A DNA stretch of 63,152 bases, filler included, from Chiloscyllium plagiosum (taxonomy: Eukaryota), in the NCBI RefSeq assembly GCF_004010195.1. It is 10 parts of 10 records of this genome, joined end to end, with 100 filler letters (N's around TTAATTAATTAA, not from the genome) between each part and the next. Parts side by side here need not be neighbours in the genome. Positions count along the whole stretch, not along the records: positions 10,717 to 12,691 come from NW_025175505.1; positions 12,792 to 25,257 come from NW_025207069.1; 8 more parts are not named here. One strand, 5' to 3'. Of the stretch, positions 11,058 through 24,340 are shown piece by piece. Under the pieces are notes generated by a model. It was not told where the DNA came from and did no database searches. It was given only the letters and a program-made list of their open reading frames with translations. Position 1 is the stretch's first letter; each line of letters starts with the position of its first letter. Position numbers and translations under genes: made by a program.

Positions 11058-14000
11058 AATGTTTGAGACAGTCCACAGAGGAGACACAGGGTTGAGCTGG
11101 CAGGACAAAGGTCGTTGTCAGCACTGAATTTCAACTCTCTTCCTTTTCTGTCAGTGTCAATCTGGAAAAGGGAATAAAGATGAAGATGATTCAGTCTCTG
11201 TCTCGTGTGTGCTTATGAAATGGCCAGAGCTGAAGCCTCAGGGAAAGCTGTGTGAAGTGTTAACCTCCACCCTCAAGGCCTGGAGAATGAGGGGGAGAAT
11301 AGAGGGGGCAATGGGGTCCCCGGAGCAGGAGGGCAATGCTACCATTGTGTCCAGAAGGGGCGTTTTCAGCAGGAATGCACAACCTCAAGGAAATCTTTCC
11401 CAATAAATGGGGAAAAGAAGGAAGGCAGGAGGGGACAATGGGGAACACAATAATCTGATGGAAATTCCTCATCAACGCTCACCCATCCCTTACGCATAGC
11501 AAGATCACAGGCCAAGAAATTCAAATCAACTGTTAGGGAGCCAGAGCCACTGGGAACCCTCTATTGATGAATATGACAAGCAGGACCTTGTTACTCAGAA
11601 TAACAATTGCACAATAACAATTTGGGAAATAAATATTCCATAAATTAGACCTGGGTTTTCTTTACTCTTCAAATGAGATGGAATTGCCCCCTGTGTCCCT
11701 GGAGTCAGATTGAGAATGTTCAGTCTGGGAGTCACCGCTGGGGAGGACAGTCAATGATAAACTGGTTCCACTTTCTGCTGTCATATTCTGTAGCCCCTGG
11801 GCCATCTCCGTGACAACCATCCAGGGCTCAGGGTGGATTCCAGAGCAGCTCATTGTCCTGACTGTTATGTTCCTCAGTCCACACGTGGCTCCAGCAACCT
11901 CACTCTCTCGTATCAGTGGGAACCATGGGGCTGAAATCTTATCCAAACAGACCCTCACACAGCGGGGAGGCTGCTGGTGGCTCAGAAACCCCTTGGACTC
12001 AGTCTCAGATTCCACCGTGGCTCTTTCATTCAAACACAACCTTAACACATTGACACCACATTCAGAGGGCAATCCTGAGATGGGGCAAGTTTGGTTCTTG
12101 ATTCTAGTGTGAGGAAATGGGGGCTGGGTGTGAAATGTCTAGTCTGAAACTGGTGGGGGTACTTTATAATGAAGAATAGAAACTGATGTCAGAATAAAAT
12201 CAGGTATTGATGGGAGTGAGGAATATCTCGGTGAATGTCTCCAGTATCTACACACTACACACATCCTTCTGTCAGACCCTGAAGGCTGAGAAACAGCTCC
12301 TTGACATTTAATATTTCTCCAACTTTCCTAGAAAAGGTGAAATATTTTCTGCATCAGTGATTCCCTGGGACAGGACATTTTAAAAAGGGCTGTGGGAAGG
12401 GAAATGTTGACTCTCAATGACAAAGCCAATGGAAGGATGTGGGGCTGGCTCTGTGAAATGTTAGGGCACAGAGGATGACACCAGAAGCAATTCAATGTTG
12501 TCACTCTCTCCTTTGGTAATAATTGGTTTTCCCTCACAATTTGCTCTCTTGTGTTCGATCCACTTGCCTTTCTTGCTTTACTTCTTTTGACTTGAGTCTG
12601 TGGGTAGCTCCATCAAAACCCAATTTCCTCACTCTCATCCAGGCCCCTGAAGAGATTGGAGACAAAACAAACTGCAAATGCTGGAATCCAANNNNNNNNN
12701 NNNNNNNNNNNNNNNNNNNNNNNNNNNNNNNNNNNTTAATTAATTAANNNNNNNNNNNNNNNNNNNNNNNNNNNNNNNNNNNNNNNNNNNNCAAGTGTCA
12801 GGGCCATCAACAAATGGGAATGGGACATGCTACAGATAGATGCATTGAGATGGTCAATCACAAAGAGAAAACCAAACTGGAAATGAAACACTAATACACA
12901 GTGGATGGAATTTAATGTCAGAAAGTCTGAGACCATGCACTTGGATCAGAATAATCTAAAGGCCGACTATTAGTTAAATAGTGAGAGATTCCAACAAAGT
13001 GCAGCACAGAGTGATCTGGGTAGTATTGTGCATGGGACACAGAAAGTTAGTGCAGGTACAGCAAGTAATTGAGAAGGCGAAAGGAATTTTCACCTTTATT
13101 GCTGGGGGTTGGAAATTAAAAGTAGAGAAATCCTGTTAAAACTATAGAGAGTGTTAGTGAGCCTGCATTTGGCGTATTGTGTGCAATTTTGGTCCCTGTA
13201 TTTAAGAAAGGATGGACAGCTATTGGAGGCTTCCTCCTGCTCCTATTTCCCATGTCCTTGTGTGCTCCATTGTCCTTCCCTCACAGCAGAGCTGGTTTGG
13301 AGCCTGCCTGCAGTAGCATCCATCAGTCTCTGGGTGGTGCTGCCAAAAGATCTGCCTTTTCCAGGCTGTCACAGTTCCCACATTACAATAATGTCTGGAC
13401 TTTGGAAGTATTCCATTGACTGTAAAATATTTCCAAACATCCTAAGTTCAAGGAACGTATAACACACATATAATTCTCTCTCCTTTTATATTTTATCTCC
13501 ATGTCTTCCCAGCTGTCGCCTGACAACATCACACATTTGTGCTAAATCTAGAATGAATCATGAATCTCTGGGAGAACTTAATCTATGACAACACTGGGAC
13601 TACTGACCACCTCCCCAATGGGCTTTGAGGGTGAAGGTCAACAGCAGTCTCACTGGGACTTGATCTGGGTTATCTTGATTGTGATCCAGTCAGTCAGTGT
13701 TTTTGTCTGGGTCCAGATAGTACAGACCAACCTCGGACCCTGTGATCTAATTGAAGTGAAGGGTTAGCTGTGCTGGGCTTTCGCACATGGCTCACACACA
13801 TAGTGAAGCAGGGATTACACATTTTATGAGAGTAAGTGACACCCCCACCCTGTCCCCAAGAGAGTGGGACAGAAACAGTAATATTCTCAGACAGAAAGAA
13901 TGGTAAAAATGATATCCCGCAAAGAGAGAGAAGACAGGAAAAGTGACGCTCCCCAGAGACAGGCAAACAGTAACTGTCTGCTCCCCACTTTCTTGTTGTG

Positions 14001-15677
14001 ACATATGTCCTTGGGAAATGGGTTTGGTTTATATTTTCTCAACTGTGTTTCGGTTTGATGAGGTGATTCGGGAACAAGGATTCCAATTCAATATTTTGTG
14101 TAGCAGCAGATCTACTGAAGGTCATGCTTTCATTTGAAGTTTGCCCAGGATTCTGTCCAGGCTGATCCAGCATGATCTACCAGCGCTGCTCCTATTGGGC
14201 TAATCCATCACACATGAGGGAATCTGACGGGCACTTTCTCTTTGTGCTGGCAAAGGGCGGGATTTGCTTTTACTTCAATGGCAGCCAAAGAAATGATTCA
14301 GTGGAGGTAGTTCCAGCTGAATATAATGTTCTGATGTTCATGTTGGGATTAACCTCGACAGTTCCCACTTGCCTTTACCCCGACAGTGGAACAGGAAGTC
14401 ACCACGCAGTGGTCTCCTGGCTCACACTGAGAAACCAAGCTGATGGTATAACTGCAGAGAGCAAGGCAATGGCTTGGACTCACCGAACAACCAGAGGCTT
14501 CAGCCAACAACTGGGTCACAGGCAAATGGAGTGTTGTGTAAACTCTCAGTATCTCAGGGAACAAACACAACTACTGAGCTACAAAACTGAACAGGATATT
14601 TTTATGACAAATTGGCATTCCAAAAATGAAATTCAAACACAATATGCATAAAATCTAATTTCAGAGACCACAGCATTTTCTTTGAAAGCTGGATGATAAT
14701 GAGATGAAAATTCAAACAGCCACCCACTCCGTCAAATGCTGTTGAAGTTGCATTGTCCTCATCATAACACGTTTGCAAGCTTCTTAATAACATGAAAGGG
14801 GAGAGAAACATTGCAAACTGTATTACTGTGAGTGAGGATCAATTAAAAACTAGGACCATGATGTTAAATGCTCCCAGCCATAAATAACACTGGTGCATTC
14901 ACATCATTAGAATGTTAAATGATGTTAAAAAGTCTGCCAACCACTTGCATGAAGAAGGAGTATTTAAATCTCAAGAGGCATTGAAGATTTTTTTTCAGTA
15001 TCATAGCAAAGAAGCAGCAGCTGACATATGAACTCCAACAAACTAATGATAACAGGCACTGAATACAGAGTAGGCTCCTGAGAGAGAGAAAACAGATCAA
15101 CAGCAGAGATCTGTCCAGTGCTGGGATCATTTTAGGCAAGACACCTTGTTGCCAGCAAGTTACTGCAGCTTGAAAACTCCAGTACGGTCAGAAAGAGAAA
15201 AAGGACAATGTGCAGATTGTTGAACAGGCCCCTACACCTGGGCCTGAGGCAGGAGCCCAAGCTCCAACACACTGGCCTCACTTCACACCAACCTTCACAC
15301 AGTGCGGGGTCATGAACTCTAGCCATAAATCCCTCTGGGACCGGGACGGAGGGAGCAGGGGTAATTGTAGAAGTGTCAATAGAGAGTAAAGCAAGATGGA
15401 GAGGATGTTTTGGAAAGGGGTTAGAGGAGGAAATATACTTTGTGCCACTCAGTACTGACATTGTCGATGTGTTTAACAGAATGAACAAAACAGCACGCTG
15501 TGAAGACAAACAAAAGTCACATCAAAGTACTTTCCCTATCACAGGGGACATTTTCATTGTGGTGTGATAAGTACCCTGCTTCTAAAGCTGTACATTCTAT
15601 GTATCTCTACAGATTGAGCCAGTTAGCTCCAAGCAGGGCCCCAGTTTTTGTTTTACTGATCAGGGACAGTGAAGCAT

Positions 15678-15692
15678 CTGCCCTCTAGTGGC
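15678..15692 (-). promoter_or_regulatory. CTCF consensus site
   Basis: Minus strand GCCACTAGAGGGCAG matches CCACYAGRKGGCRS; lies in non-repetitive sequence. Confidence 0.6.
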
Positions 15693-17374
15693 GAGAGAGC
15701 ACTTGCACGGCTGCTGAGGATTATGGGTAAAGTCCCCTTCCATTCGCGCCCACACAAACCAGCAGCCACTTCAGCTGCTTTATTGAAAACCACAAGCTTT
15801 CAAGGGGCTGATCTTTCAACGGTGGAAATGAATTAGGGACAAATGAAGGAGATTCATCCTCTTCAGCCTGCTCCCCATGGCTGACCTGATTATTCCACAT
15901 TCTTGTCTCACTCCAATAGATTTATGATAAGCAATGGCTATCTGCTGTTGTTCAGATCCCAGCGCCTTCCTTCCCAGATATTACATGGCTCACCACTGCC
16001 CTCTCCAGGACAATTAGGGAAGGGCAACAAATAGCAGCCACTTTTGTGCCCGCCCATCCCAGGAGAAATCAAAATAAACGAGATACACTTCAAATGATCA
16101 AACTGGTGAGGCTTGAATTCATCTCTTTGAAAGACTGGAGCCTAGCCTAGAAATAGAGCCATGACATGGGTGACCCTGGTTTGTCAGACTGAAAGGTGGA
16201 GTGTCCTTCGGATTGACACCGGGATCAGGCACAAAATGAATTACACTCAAAGACCGAACACACGGCTATCAAAGCGGGTCACCAAACTGCAAAGAGCAGC
16301 AATTTATCTGGGAGAACTCAACAGGCATCAGTGGATGTAAGAGCATTAGGCAGGCAAGTATCAGATATTGCTGAACACACCGAAAGCACAGTCACACATT
16401 AAGGGAAGCTATTGGGATCGAGCAGGGAAACGGGAATAACTGAATTTCTCCACTGAGAGCTGGAAGTGGTTTTCTCGGTTGTAACACATCTGAGAACGAT
16501 AAAGGTTGAAGGACCACTTATATTATAAACAACACTGCAGTGCACAAGAAAGGATGTCAAGTGATATATCTCCTTTAACTTGGGAACAATATCAGAAACA
16601 AAGGTCAATGTGGTTTTGGATTGAATATTGAGAGTGAGGAGATGGAAGGGAGAGTGACCATGGCAGCTGTCCTGAAGAATGGTTAGGTCATGGCTAGAAT
16701 ATGGTGCACAGTTAGGGGCTGCTTTGCGGGACAATACATAATGGGACATGGACAGAGGATCTAGGTCACAAGGTTTTATTTCGGGATGTAGATTTCTTTA
16801 CACAGAAGGTGGTAAGAATTTGCAATTTTCTGCCACAGGCTGTTAAAACAAAACCTATCCATGTTTTATTCTCTGGTGGGACATGGGCACTGCTGGCTGG
16901 CCAGCATTTCCTGCCTGTCCCTCATTTGCTTTGAACGTGGTGAGGAGCTGCCTTCCTGAACCCGCTGCAGCCATGTGCTGTAGGTAGACCCAGTGTGCCC
17001 TGAGGGAGAGAATTCCCCGATTTTAACCTTGTGACAGTGAAGGAACAGGGATGTATTTCTAACTCAGGATGATGAACTGTTTGAGGAAAATCCTGCAGGT
17101 GGCGGTGTTCCCATGTGTGCACTATTTTAAAAGGGATTTAATAACCTGAAAAAGAGGAATAATAAAGGGAAAGTAATGCTAGAAAGCATTTGATTGGATG
17201 GTGATGGATTAATTATTGGGGTGACCTTTTGGGCAAAGTTGGCGGTTCTTGTCCAGCAGCAACATTCTCCATGGTAACGCTTCATTACATTCCATAAGAA
17301 CATGTTTAAACCTCAAAACTCTGACCTCACACAAAGGCAGTGCCAATTATTGACAGATTTTATGACTTTTTAAA

Positions 17375-17490
17375 GTATCAGCCTTGGCTAAGTTGGTAGA
17401 ACTCCTTCCATGGAGTCAGAAAGGTTTGGGTTCAGTCCACTCTAAGTTGGGTCAACAATGATCTCACCCATCAGTGACAGAACTGGTGGG
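17375..17490 (+). mobile_element. tRNA-like head of a DeuSINE-type element, degenerate
   Basis: TCAGCCTTGGCTAAGTTGGTAG...GAGTCAGAAAGGTTTGGGTTCAGTCCACTC. Confidence 0.45.
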
Positions 17491-18512
17491 GAGCTCCTTT
17501 TGGTTCCTGGGGAGGTCCCCAGTTGGAAGCGAGCAGAGCAATGCTTGTTGGAGGCAGGGCTCTCACTGGAGACCTTGGCTTATTATGGAATCCCAGACTA
17601 AATAGAACTAAAGGCAGGTGTAGGTCATGGGAGAGGTGGCAGTTGAACATGAGGACATCATCTGAAGCTAGGTCCTTTGATTTGGGAAAGCCAAGCTGAA
17701 TTAATCCCTGAGCTGCCATTAAATCAGGATAGATTCAGGAATTTAGGGGTCAATTGGCTCCTCAGTCTAGTTGATATCGTCTGATGGCGGCTGGGAATTC
17801 CAATTCACTACTTCTGTCCTGATATTCATTGGGAGAAATTTTGCTGCCATTGGGGGCATTGAAATGGGTCACTGAGTGATTAAGTGTGCCGAGAGTCATA
17901 TTTTCAACTGTATTGTCCAAAGTGTAAAAATCAAAACTGATTTTTCAGTTGCAAAACTGAGAGAAGATGTGTAGGTTAGGTGGATTGGCCGTACTAAATT
18001 ACCCATTATGTCCAAGAGATGTGCAGGCTAGCAAATGGAAAATGCCATGGAAAATGCAGGATTATGGTGATAGGGTAAGGGAGGTGTGGGTCTGGGTGGG
18101 ATGGCCTTCAAAGAGTCGGTACGAGCTTGCTGGGCTGTGTAGCCTGTTTCCACCCTGTAGGAATTCCTTGATTCTATGGTTCTATGAAGGCCAGAACAGG
18201 ATCTCGACAGTGGAGGGAGGGTATTCTGATGTTCAAAAGTTCTTAAACAAAGAAATGCAGTAAATGCAGATTTACCATCAGAGCAGACAAACTGAAAGGC
18301 AAAATGACATATTCTCAAGTCATATACCAGGTACAGAAAAGAGTTCAGGAAAAATGTTTTGATGCAGTTATTGGAATTTATTGATGAATGATGATAAAAT
18401 GAGTGCTCCGTTCAAAAAAAGACAGAATTGCATTTTAGAATTTCAACAGGTCTGAAGCAAAAGAGGAAATCAGGATCAAATAGCCATTTGAGAATTTGGA
18501 ACTAGAGAAAGC

Positions 18513-18682
18513 AGTTTCCTCCCACAGTCCAAAGATGTGCAGGTCAGGTGAATTGGCCATGCTAAATTGCCCGTAGTGTTAGGTAAGGGTAAATGTAGGG
18601 GTATGGGTGGGTTGCGCTTCGGCAGGGCGGTGTGGACTTGTTGGGCCGAAGGGCCTGTTTCCACACTGTAAGTAATCTAATC
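18513..18682 (+). mobile_element. HE1-like SINE, 3' half
   Basis: Near-identical to the 3' half of the 6072 and 35063 copies, with a TAATC tail. Confidence 0.85.
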
Positions 18683-20724
18683 TTCTGTTTAGCTTGACAG
18701 GGATCAAAACATCTGCAAATCAACCTCCCAGCTCGGTGAACATACCCACAACTACAGCAAGAGTGAGGGGTTTTCCTGTCCGACAGTATTCTCCAAACCC
18801 TTACCTGCCCTCCTCATGGTCATACGATCCTGCTCCTTCCCATGCATGAAATTGGACTGCTGGGTCCTGAGACTTATAACATCCTTCTGGAACAAAGTCT
18901 CCAGGTATCTCTGCACCTCCCTGACATGTCACCAATATTGCCAACTTAGCCTCCAGTCCAAACACCCTGTGTGGGAGTTGTTGTCGATTTATAAATTCAC
19001 TACAGATATATTTAACCTGAGTCACTTCAACTCAATAAAGAAATGTTGATCCCATTTACAAATGAAAGATGTCCTTTCCTCCATTAAACCAATAATTGAC
19101 TTCAGTATCTGAATTATAAAGTTTTCGTGCTTTCCATTTATTGACCTTCCCGAATGGGGGGTATCCCGAAGCAGTACAAGACGACATGAGGATATAGGTG
19201 GGCTGGGAGGGTCAGATGGTCTGATCAGTAACAAGTGGAATTCATTCAGATAAATGTGAGTCAGTGGACTGAGCTCTCCCTGACCATGCGAGTGAGGTGA
19301 GGGCAGAGTGACAGCACTTGACATCAAGGCCTCTTTGATGGTGTGTGGCATCAAGGAGCCCGAGCAATGCAGCAGCTTTTCACCTGCTGTTCCAGGGAAA
19401 GGATCAACATCTGGATCCCTCTGAGCAACTCCTGGGAATTCTGTCATTCTGAAGGGACAAGTTGTCCTCCTCAGTTCCCACAAACAGCAGCAAGTCAGAC
19501 ACACACTGTCCAAACTGTTTGGGGGAACTGACCAGAACTCTCACAGCTCTGCTCTGCTGGAAGATGGAGGGACTACTGGGGAGCCCTTGTGCCAGACAGC
19601 TCTATCAATATTATTGGTCTTTAAATGTGAAGGTGAACTTGTCCTGGTCCTCCGCCCTCCCTGCCCCGATATGGACCAGAACATGTTCGAAATGACCAAC
19701 TGTGTAAAGACCCATTGCCAGTCTGACAGTGATGAGCCAATCAGCTCTGAACACTCCCTGAGTGAGCTCACTCCATTGTGTTCAGAGACACTGCCATTGA
19801 GTGCCCAAGGAGCCCACCCTTACACTCCAGGGTTTTGATAGCCCTCCCATCACAGAGTCCCCCCATGAACCCCTTTAGTTCATTCTCCAGAGAGGGCTGG
19901 TCCCAGTGATTTTGGTGAATGGATCAGTGTGAGATATAATGGTATCTATTCGATATGTTCTCTGTTCCACACCCTCACACATATGGATACAGGCTCTTCC
20001 CCATTCACTGTACACCATCGGACACAGGTATTCTGGATGGGGACTGCCCCTTCAGAACATCATCAAGGTGGATGGGGGGTTATGGAGGGAAAGGTACCCT
20101 TCCCACTCTAGGTTGGACCATTTACACTCTGAGTTCAGTTTACTCTCGGCATCATTCTTTGATCTTTCTGAACTCCAACATACCTTCCTTCCCCCATTTA
20201 TTGGGATAGATTTCTTTGACGCCCTGCATTACTGATGAAAGTGCCCCATCTGACCCTAACTGTAACATTGCCCCCCTGCTTCCAGGACCCCATTGCCCAC
20301 TCTATTCTCCTCCTTGTGTTCTGTGCGTTGAGGGTGGGCATGAACACTTCACACACCCTTTCCCTGAGGCTTCAGCTCTGGCCATTTCCAAATCACTCAA
20401 GAGACAGAGACTGAATCTTCTTCATCTTTATTCCCTTTTCCAGATTGACATTGACAGAAAACAGACTGCAATTAACAGCCCAGACAGAGGAAGCTGCTCA
20501 AATTCACAGTCACAATGGAGCTTGAGGAAAACACTTGTGGAGATTTTCTCAATACCATGAGAATCCTGTCCCTTTAAACAGTGACAAAACCTTAAATTGG
20601 AACTGGTGGTTGCATAGGAAGTAGGTCTGTTTTACTGAAGCAGAGACTTCTGAGGTTCACATTGTTTTTGTACAGCTGGCAGTCTTCAGTATCTTTGAAA
20701 GATTATGCCTGGTCTTACAAGTCA

Positions 20725-20891
20725 ACACTGTCCGCAAAAACAGTCTCCCTCGGCAGGGACAGAATAGGGTTAGATACTGAGTAAAACTTTTTCCGTACTG
20801 TTCCCCTCAAAGACACCAAGTACAGGGACAGGACACAATCAGATACAGAATGAAACTATCTCCACAGTGTCCTCATCAAACACTCCTAGGA
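20725..20891 (+). repeat. ~69-bp degenerate tandem repeat in the Ck 3' flank (resumes at 22421-22545 after the Penelope insertion)
   Basis: YAGGGACAG anchors at 20754, 20823, 22421 and 22485; about one unit only in Ck copies 1, 2 and 5. Confidence 0.7.
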
Positions 20892-20918
20892 TCTCAGCCC
20901 GCTTGGCACACTAGCCTC

Positions 20919-20954
20919 ATTCCTGAAGAAGGGCTTATACCCGAAAGTTCGATT
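20919..20954 (+). ncRNA. Minimal hammerhead ribozyme motif (Penelope terminal repeat)
   Basis: ATTC-CTGAAGA-A-GGGC TTAT ACCC-GAAA-GTTC-GATT. Confidence 0.6.
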
Positions 20955-22285
20955 TTTCTGCTCCTCGGATGCTGCCTGGCCTGCTGTGTTTTTCCAGCAT
21001 CACATTTTTCAACTACCCTCCTTCAACTGACTGAACTGGTTCTCACTCTTAACAACTTCTCCTTCCAATCCTCCCATTTCCTGCAAACCAAAGGCATAGT
21101 CATGGGCACCCGCATGGGCCCCAGCTATGCCTGCCTTTTCGTCGGATATGTGGAACAGTCAATCTTCCGCAGCTATACTGGCAACACTCCCCACCTTTTC
21201 CTCCGCTACATCGATGATTGTATTGGCGCTACCTCGTGCTCCCATGAGGAGGTTGAACAGTTCATCCACTTTACTAACACCTTCCATCCCGACCTCAAAT
21301 TTACCTGGACCGTCTCAGNNNNNNNNNNNNNNNNNNNNNNNNNNNNNNNNNNNNNNNNNNNNNNNNNNNNNNNNNNNNNNNNNNNNNNNNNNNNNNNNNN
21401 NNNNNNNNNNNNNNNNNNNNNNNNNNNNNNNNNNNNNNNNNNNNNNNNNNNNNNNNNNNNNNNNNNNNNNNNNNNNNNNNNNNNNNNNNNNNNNNNNNNN
21501 NNNNNNNNNNNNNNNNNNNNNNNNNNNNNNNNNNNNNNNNNNNNNNNNNNNNNNNNNNNNNNNNNNNNNNNNNNNNNNNNNNNNNNNNNNNNNNNNNNNN
21601 NNNNNNNNNNNNNNNNNNNNNNNNNNNNNNNNNNNNNNNNNNNNNNNNNNNNNNNNNNNNNNNNNNNNNNNNNNNNNNNNNNNNNNNNNNNNNNNNNNNN
21701 NNNNNNNNNNNNNNNNNNNNNNNNNNNNNNNNNNNNNNNNNNNNNNNNNNNNNNNNNNNNNNNNNNNNNNNNNNNNNNNNNNNNNNNNNNNNNNNNNNNN
21801 NNNNNNNNNNNNNNNNNNNNNNNNNNNNNNNNNNNNNNNNNNNNNNNNNNNNNNNNNNNNNNNNNNNNNNNNNNNNNNNNNNNNNNNNNNNNNNNNNNNN
21901 NNNNNNNNNNNNNNNNNNNNNNNNNNNNNNNNNNNNNNNNNNNNNNNNNNNNNNNNNNNNNNNNNNNNNNNNNNNNNNNNNNNNNNNNNNNNNNNNNNNN
22001 NNNNNNNNNNNNNNNNNNNNNNNNNNNNNNNNNNNNNNNNNNNNNNNNNNNNNNNNNNNNNNNNNNNNNNNNNNNNNNNNNNNNNNNNNNNNNNNNNNNN
22101 NNNNNNNNNNNNNNNNNNNNNNNNNNNNNNNNNNNNNNNNNNNNNNNNNNNNNNNNNNNNNNNNNNNNNNNNNNNNNNNNNNNNNNNNNNNNNNNNNNNC
22201 CTTCCACCTATTGTATTCCCAGCGCCCCTCCCCCAAATTCCCTCTCCCCTACCTTTTATCTCAGCCCGCTTGGTACACCAGCCTC

Positions 22286-22321
22286 ATTCCTGAAGAAGGG
22301 CTTATGTCCGAAAAGTCGAAT
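22286..22321 (+). ncRNA. Minimal hammerhead ribozyme motif (second terminal repeat)
   Basis: ATTC-CTGAAGA-A-GGGC TTAT GTCC-GAAA-AGTC-GAAT; stem I pairs ATTC with GAAT. Confidence 0.65.
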
Positions 22322-22691
22322 CTCCTGCTCCTCGGATGCTGCCTGGCCTGCTGTGTTTTTCCAGCACCACATTTTTCAACTCTGGTCTCCAGCATCTGCA
22401 GTCCTCACTTACTCCTTGGATAGGGACAGAATAAGAAAAAGAATAAGTCTATCTTCACACTGTCTCCTTCAAACACTCCCAAGACAGGGACAGCACTAGG
22501 TTGGGTACAGAGTGAAGCTCTCTCTATAGTGTCCCATAACCTGTCTTAACCCCTGAACCTCAGAAGTGTCCCCAAGGCCATTCCTGAGAAGGAGGAGAGT
22601 TGAAATTCAGTGCTGACAATGACCTTTGACCTGCCAGCTCAGCCCTGTTCTATTTAAAATTGTGTCTCCTCTGGGGACTGTCTCAAACACT

Positions 22692-23020
22692 CTACACACA
22701 TTCTGATTTCCTGATGCTCTTGCTGAGGGGAGAGGAGAGGGTCAGGTGGGTGAGGGCACAGGAGAAGCGAGCGTTGGACTCCCAGTCAGACCCAGAGAGG
22801 GTCAGCAGGCTGCTGACACTGTAGGTGCTGTCCGAAGCTCGCAGGTAGTTGCTGGTCTGAACCCCGTCCGAAATGACTGCACCATCCTTCTTCCACTGCA
22901 CCTCCAGCTCATCGGGATAGAAGTGATTGGCAAGGCACACCAGGGTGGCAGTGCCCTTGGCATTGACCTGCTCTGGGGAGGGGGGCAGCAGGGTCAGCTT
23001 GGGCTGAGAGTTCTCGCGGC
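22692..23020 (-). CDS. IGKC: Ig kappa constant exon, copy 4, intact
   Basis: Acceptor TCTTTCAG|GC and a 329-nt open frame with both Cys, the core Trp and the terminal KSECV*. Confidence 0.92.
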
Positions 23021-23164
23021 CTGAAAGACAAGAGAAACAATTTTAATCCCTGCCATTTGAAGGGATTTCAGCTCTTCAGACATTAACTGGCATAAGCATC
23101 GTTTTGAACTTTTGTATCTACCTAGTAAACCCAACAAAAGAATGAACATTTATTAAAATTCCTT

Positions 23165-24340
23165 TTTAATGGTGATATTGAAGTCCCCCACCCAGAGTAC
23201 AGTCTGTGCCCTCACCACCCTCAGAGCTTCCTCCAAGTGCTGTTCAACATGGAGGAGAGACTGACTCATCACCCGAGGGAGGACAGTATGTGGTCATCAG
23301 CCAGAGGTTTCACAGAATCAGAGAATCATACAGTGTAGAAGAGGTCTCTCATCCGATCATGTCTCTCCCACCAAGGCAAAACTAAATCTACTCTCCATCC
23401 ACTTTCCAGAACTGGGCCCAAAGCATTGAATGTTCAGATATTTCAGGTGCTCATCCAGGTATTTTTAAAACAGTTGTGAGGTTCCCCACCTCAACTACCC
23501 TCCCAGGCAGTACATTCCAGACTCCCACATTCTGGGGGAAAAAGATTTCCCTCAACTCCTCTCTAAAGCTCCTGTCTTTCACATTGAATGGAAGCCAACT
23601 TATTATTGACCCTCCAACTAAGGGGAGCAGTTGCTTTCTATTCCCCATCTCCATCCCCACATAACCTTATACATCTCTGTCAGAGCCCCACTCAATCTTC
23701 TCTTTTCCAAAGAAAACAACCTGAGCCTCTCTGCACATTTGAGATGGTCCATTCCAGGCAACTTCCTCTGCACCCCGTCCAGTGTAATCACATCCTTCCT
23801 ATAGTGTGGGGACTGGAACTGCACACAGTACTCCAGCTGTAGCCTAATCAGTTCTGCTCAGCTCCAACATATCCTCCCTGATCTTATAATCTGTGCCTGA
23901 AATGATAAAGACTGCACCATCTCCTCTGCTGGTTCTGTCCTGCTGATATGCCCAGGACATATCCAGGGATGGTGATGGTGGCGCCTGGGCCATTGTCTGT
24001 AAGGTATGGTCCTGTGAGTGTGACTGTGTCAGGCTGTTGCTTGACTAGTCTGTGAGACAGCTCTCCTGAATTTTGCACGAGCCCCCAGATGTTAGTAAGG
24101 AGGATGGAGCATGGTCGACAGGGCTGTGTTTGATGTTGTTTCTGGTGCCAAGGTCGATGCCAGGTATCCCATCAGGTTTCATTCTGTTTCTGAGACTTCC
24201 CAGTGATTGTTAGAATGGAGGACCTTGCTCGGCCATTACAGATGGTGGTTAACAGCTAACCTCACTGCTGTGGGTCTGGAGTCATGTGTAGATCAGACCG
24301 GGTAAGGACGGCAGATTTTCTTCCCTAAAGGACACCAGAC
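23165..24340 (-). mobile_element. Stack of degenerate CR1/SINE fragments in the Ck copy 4 intron
   Basis: CR1 ORF2-like peptides (QFQSPHYRKDVITLDGVQR, LFSLEKRRL) and SINE tail sequence. Confidence 0.65.

Larger units (their letters stand above)
20892..22410 (+). mobile_element. Penelope-like retroelement with direct terminal repeats and a truncated RT (internal N gap)
   Basis: RT motifs LTLNNFSF, QTKGIVMGTRMGPSYACLF, FLRYIDD and HPDLKFT at ~21015-21318; ~120-bp direct repeats at 20892-21013 and 22259-22381; flanks ACTCCTAGGA / ACTCCTTGGA. Confidence 0.9.

Noticed and set aside
20850-22499. 549-aa ORF and other long X-filled ORFs
   Set aside because: Their length comes from N gaps; only the ~100-aa Penelope RT piece is meaningful
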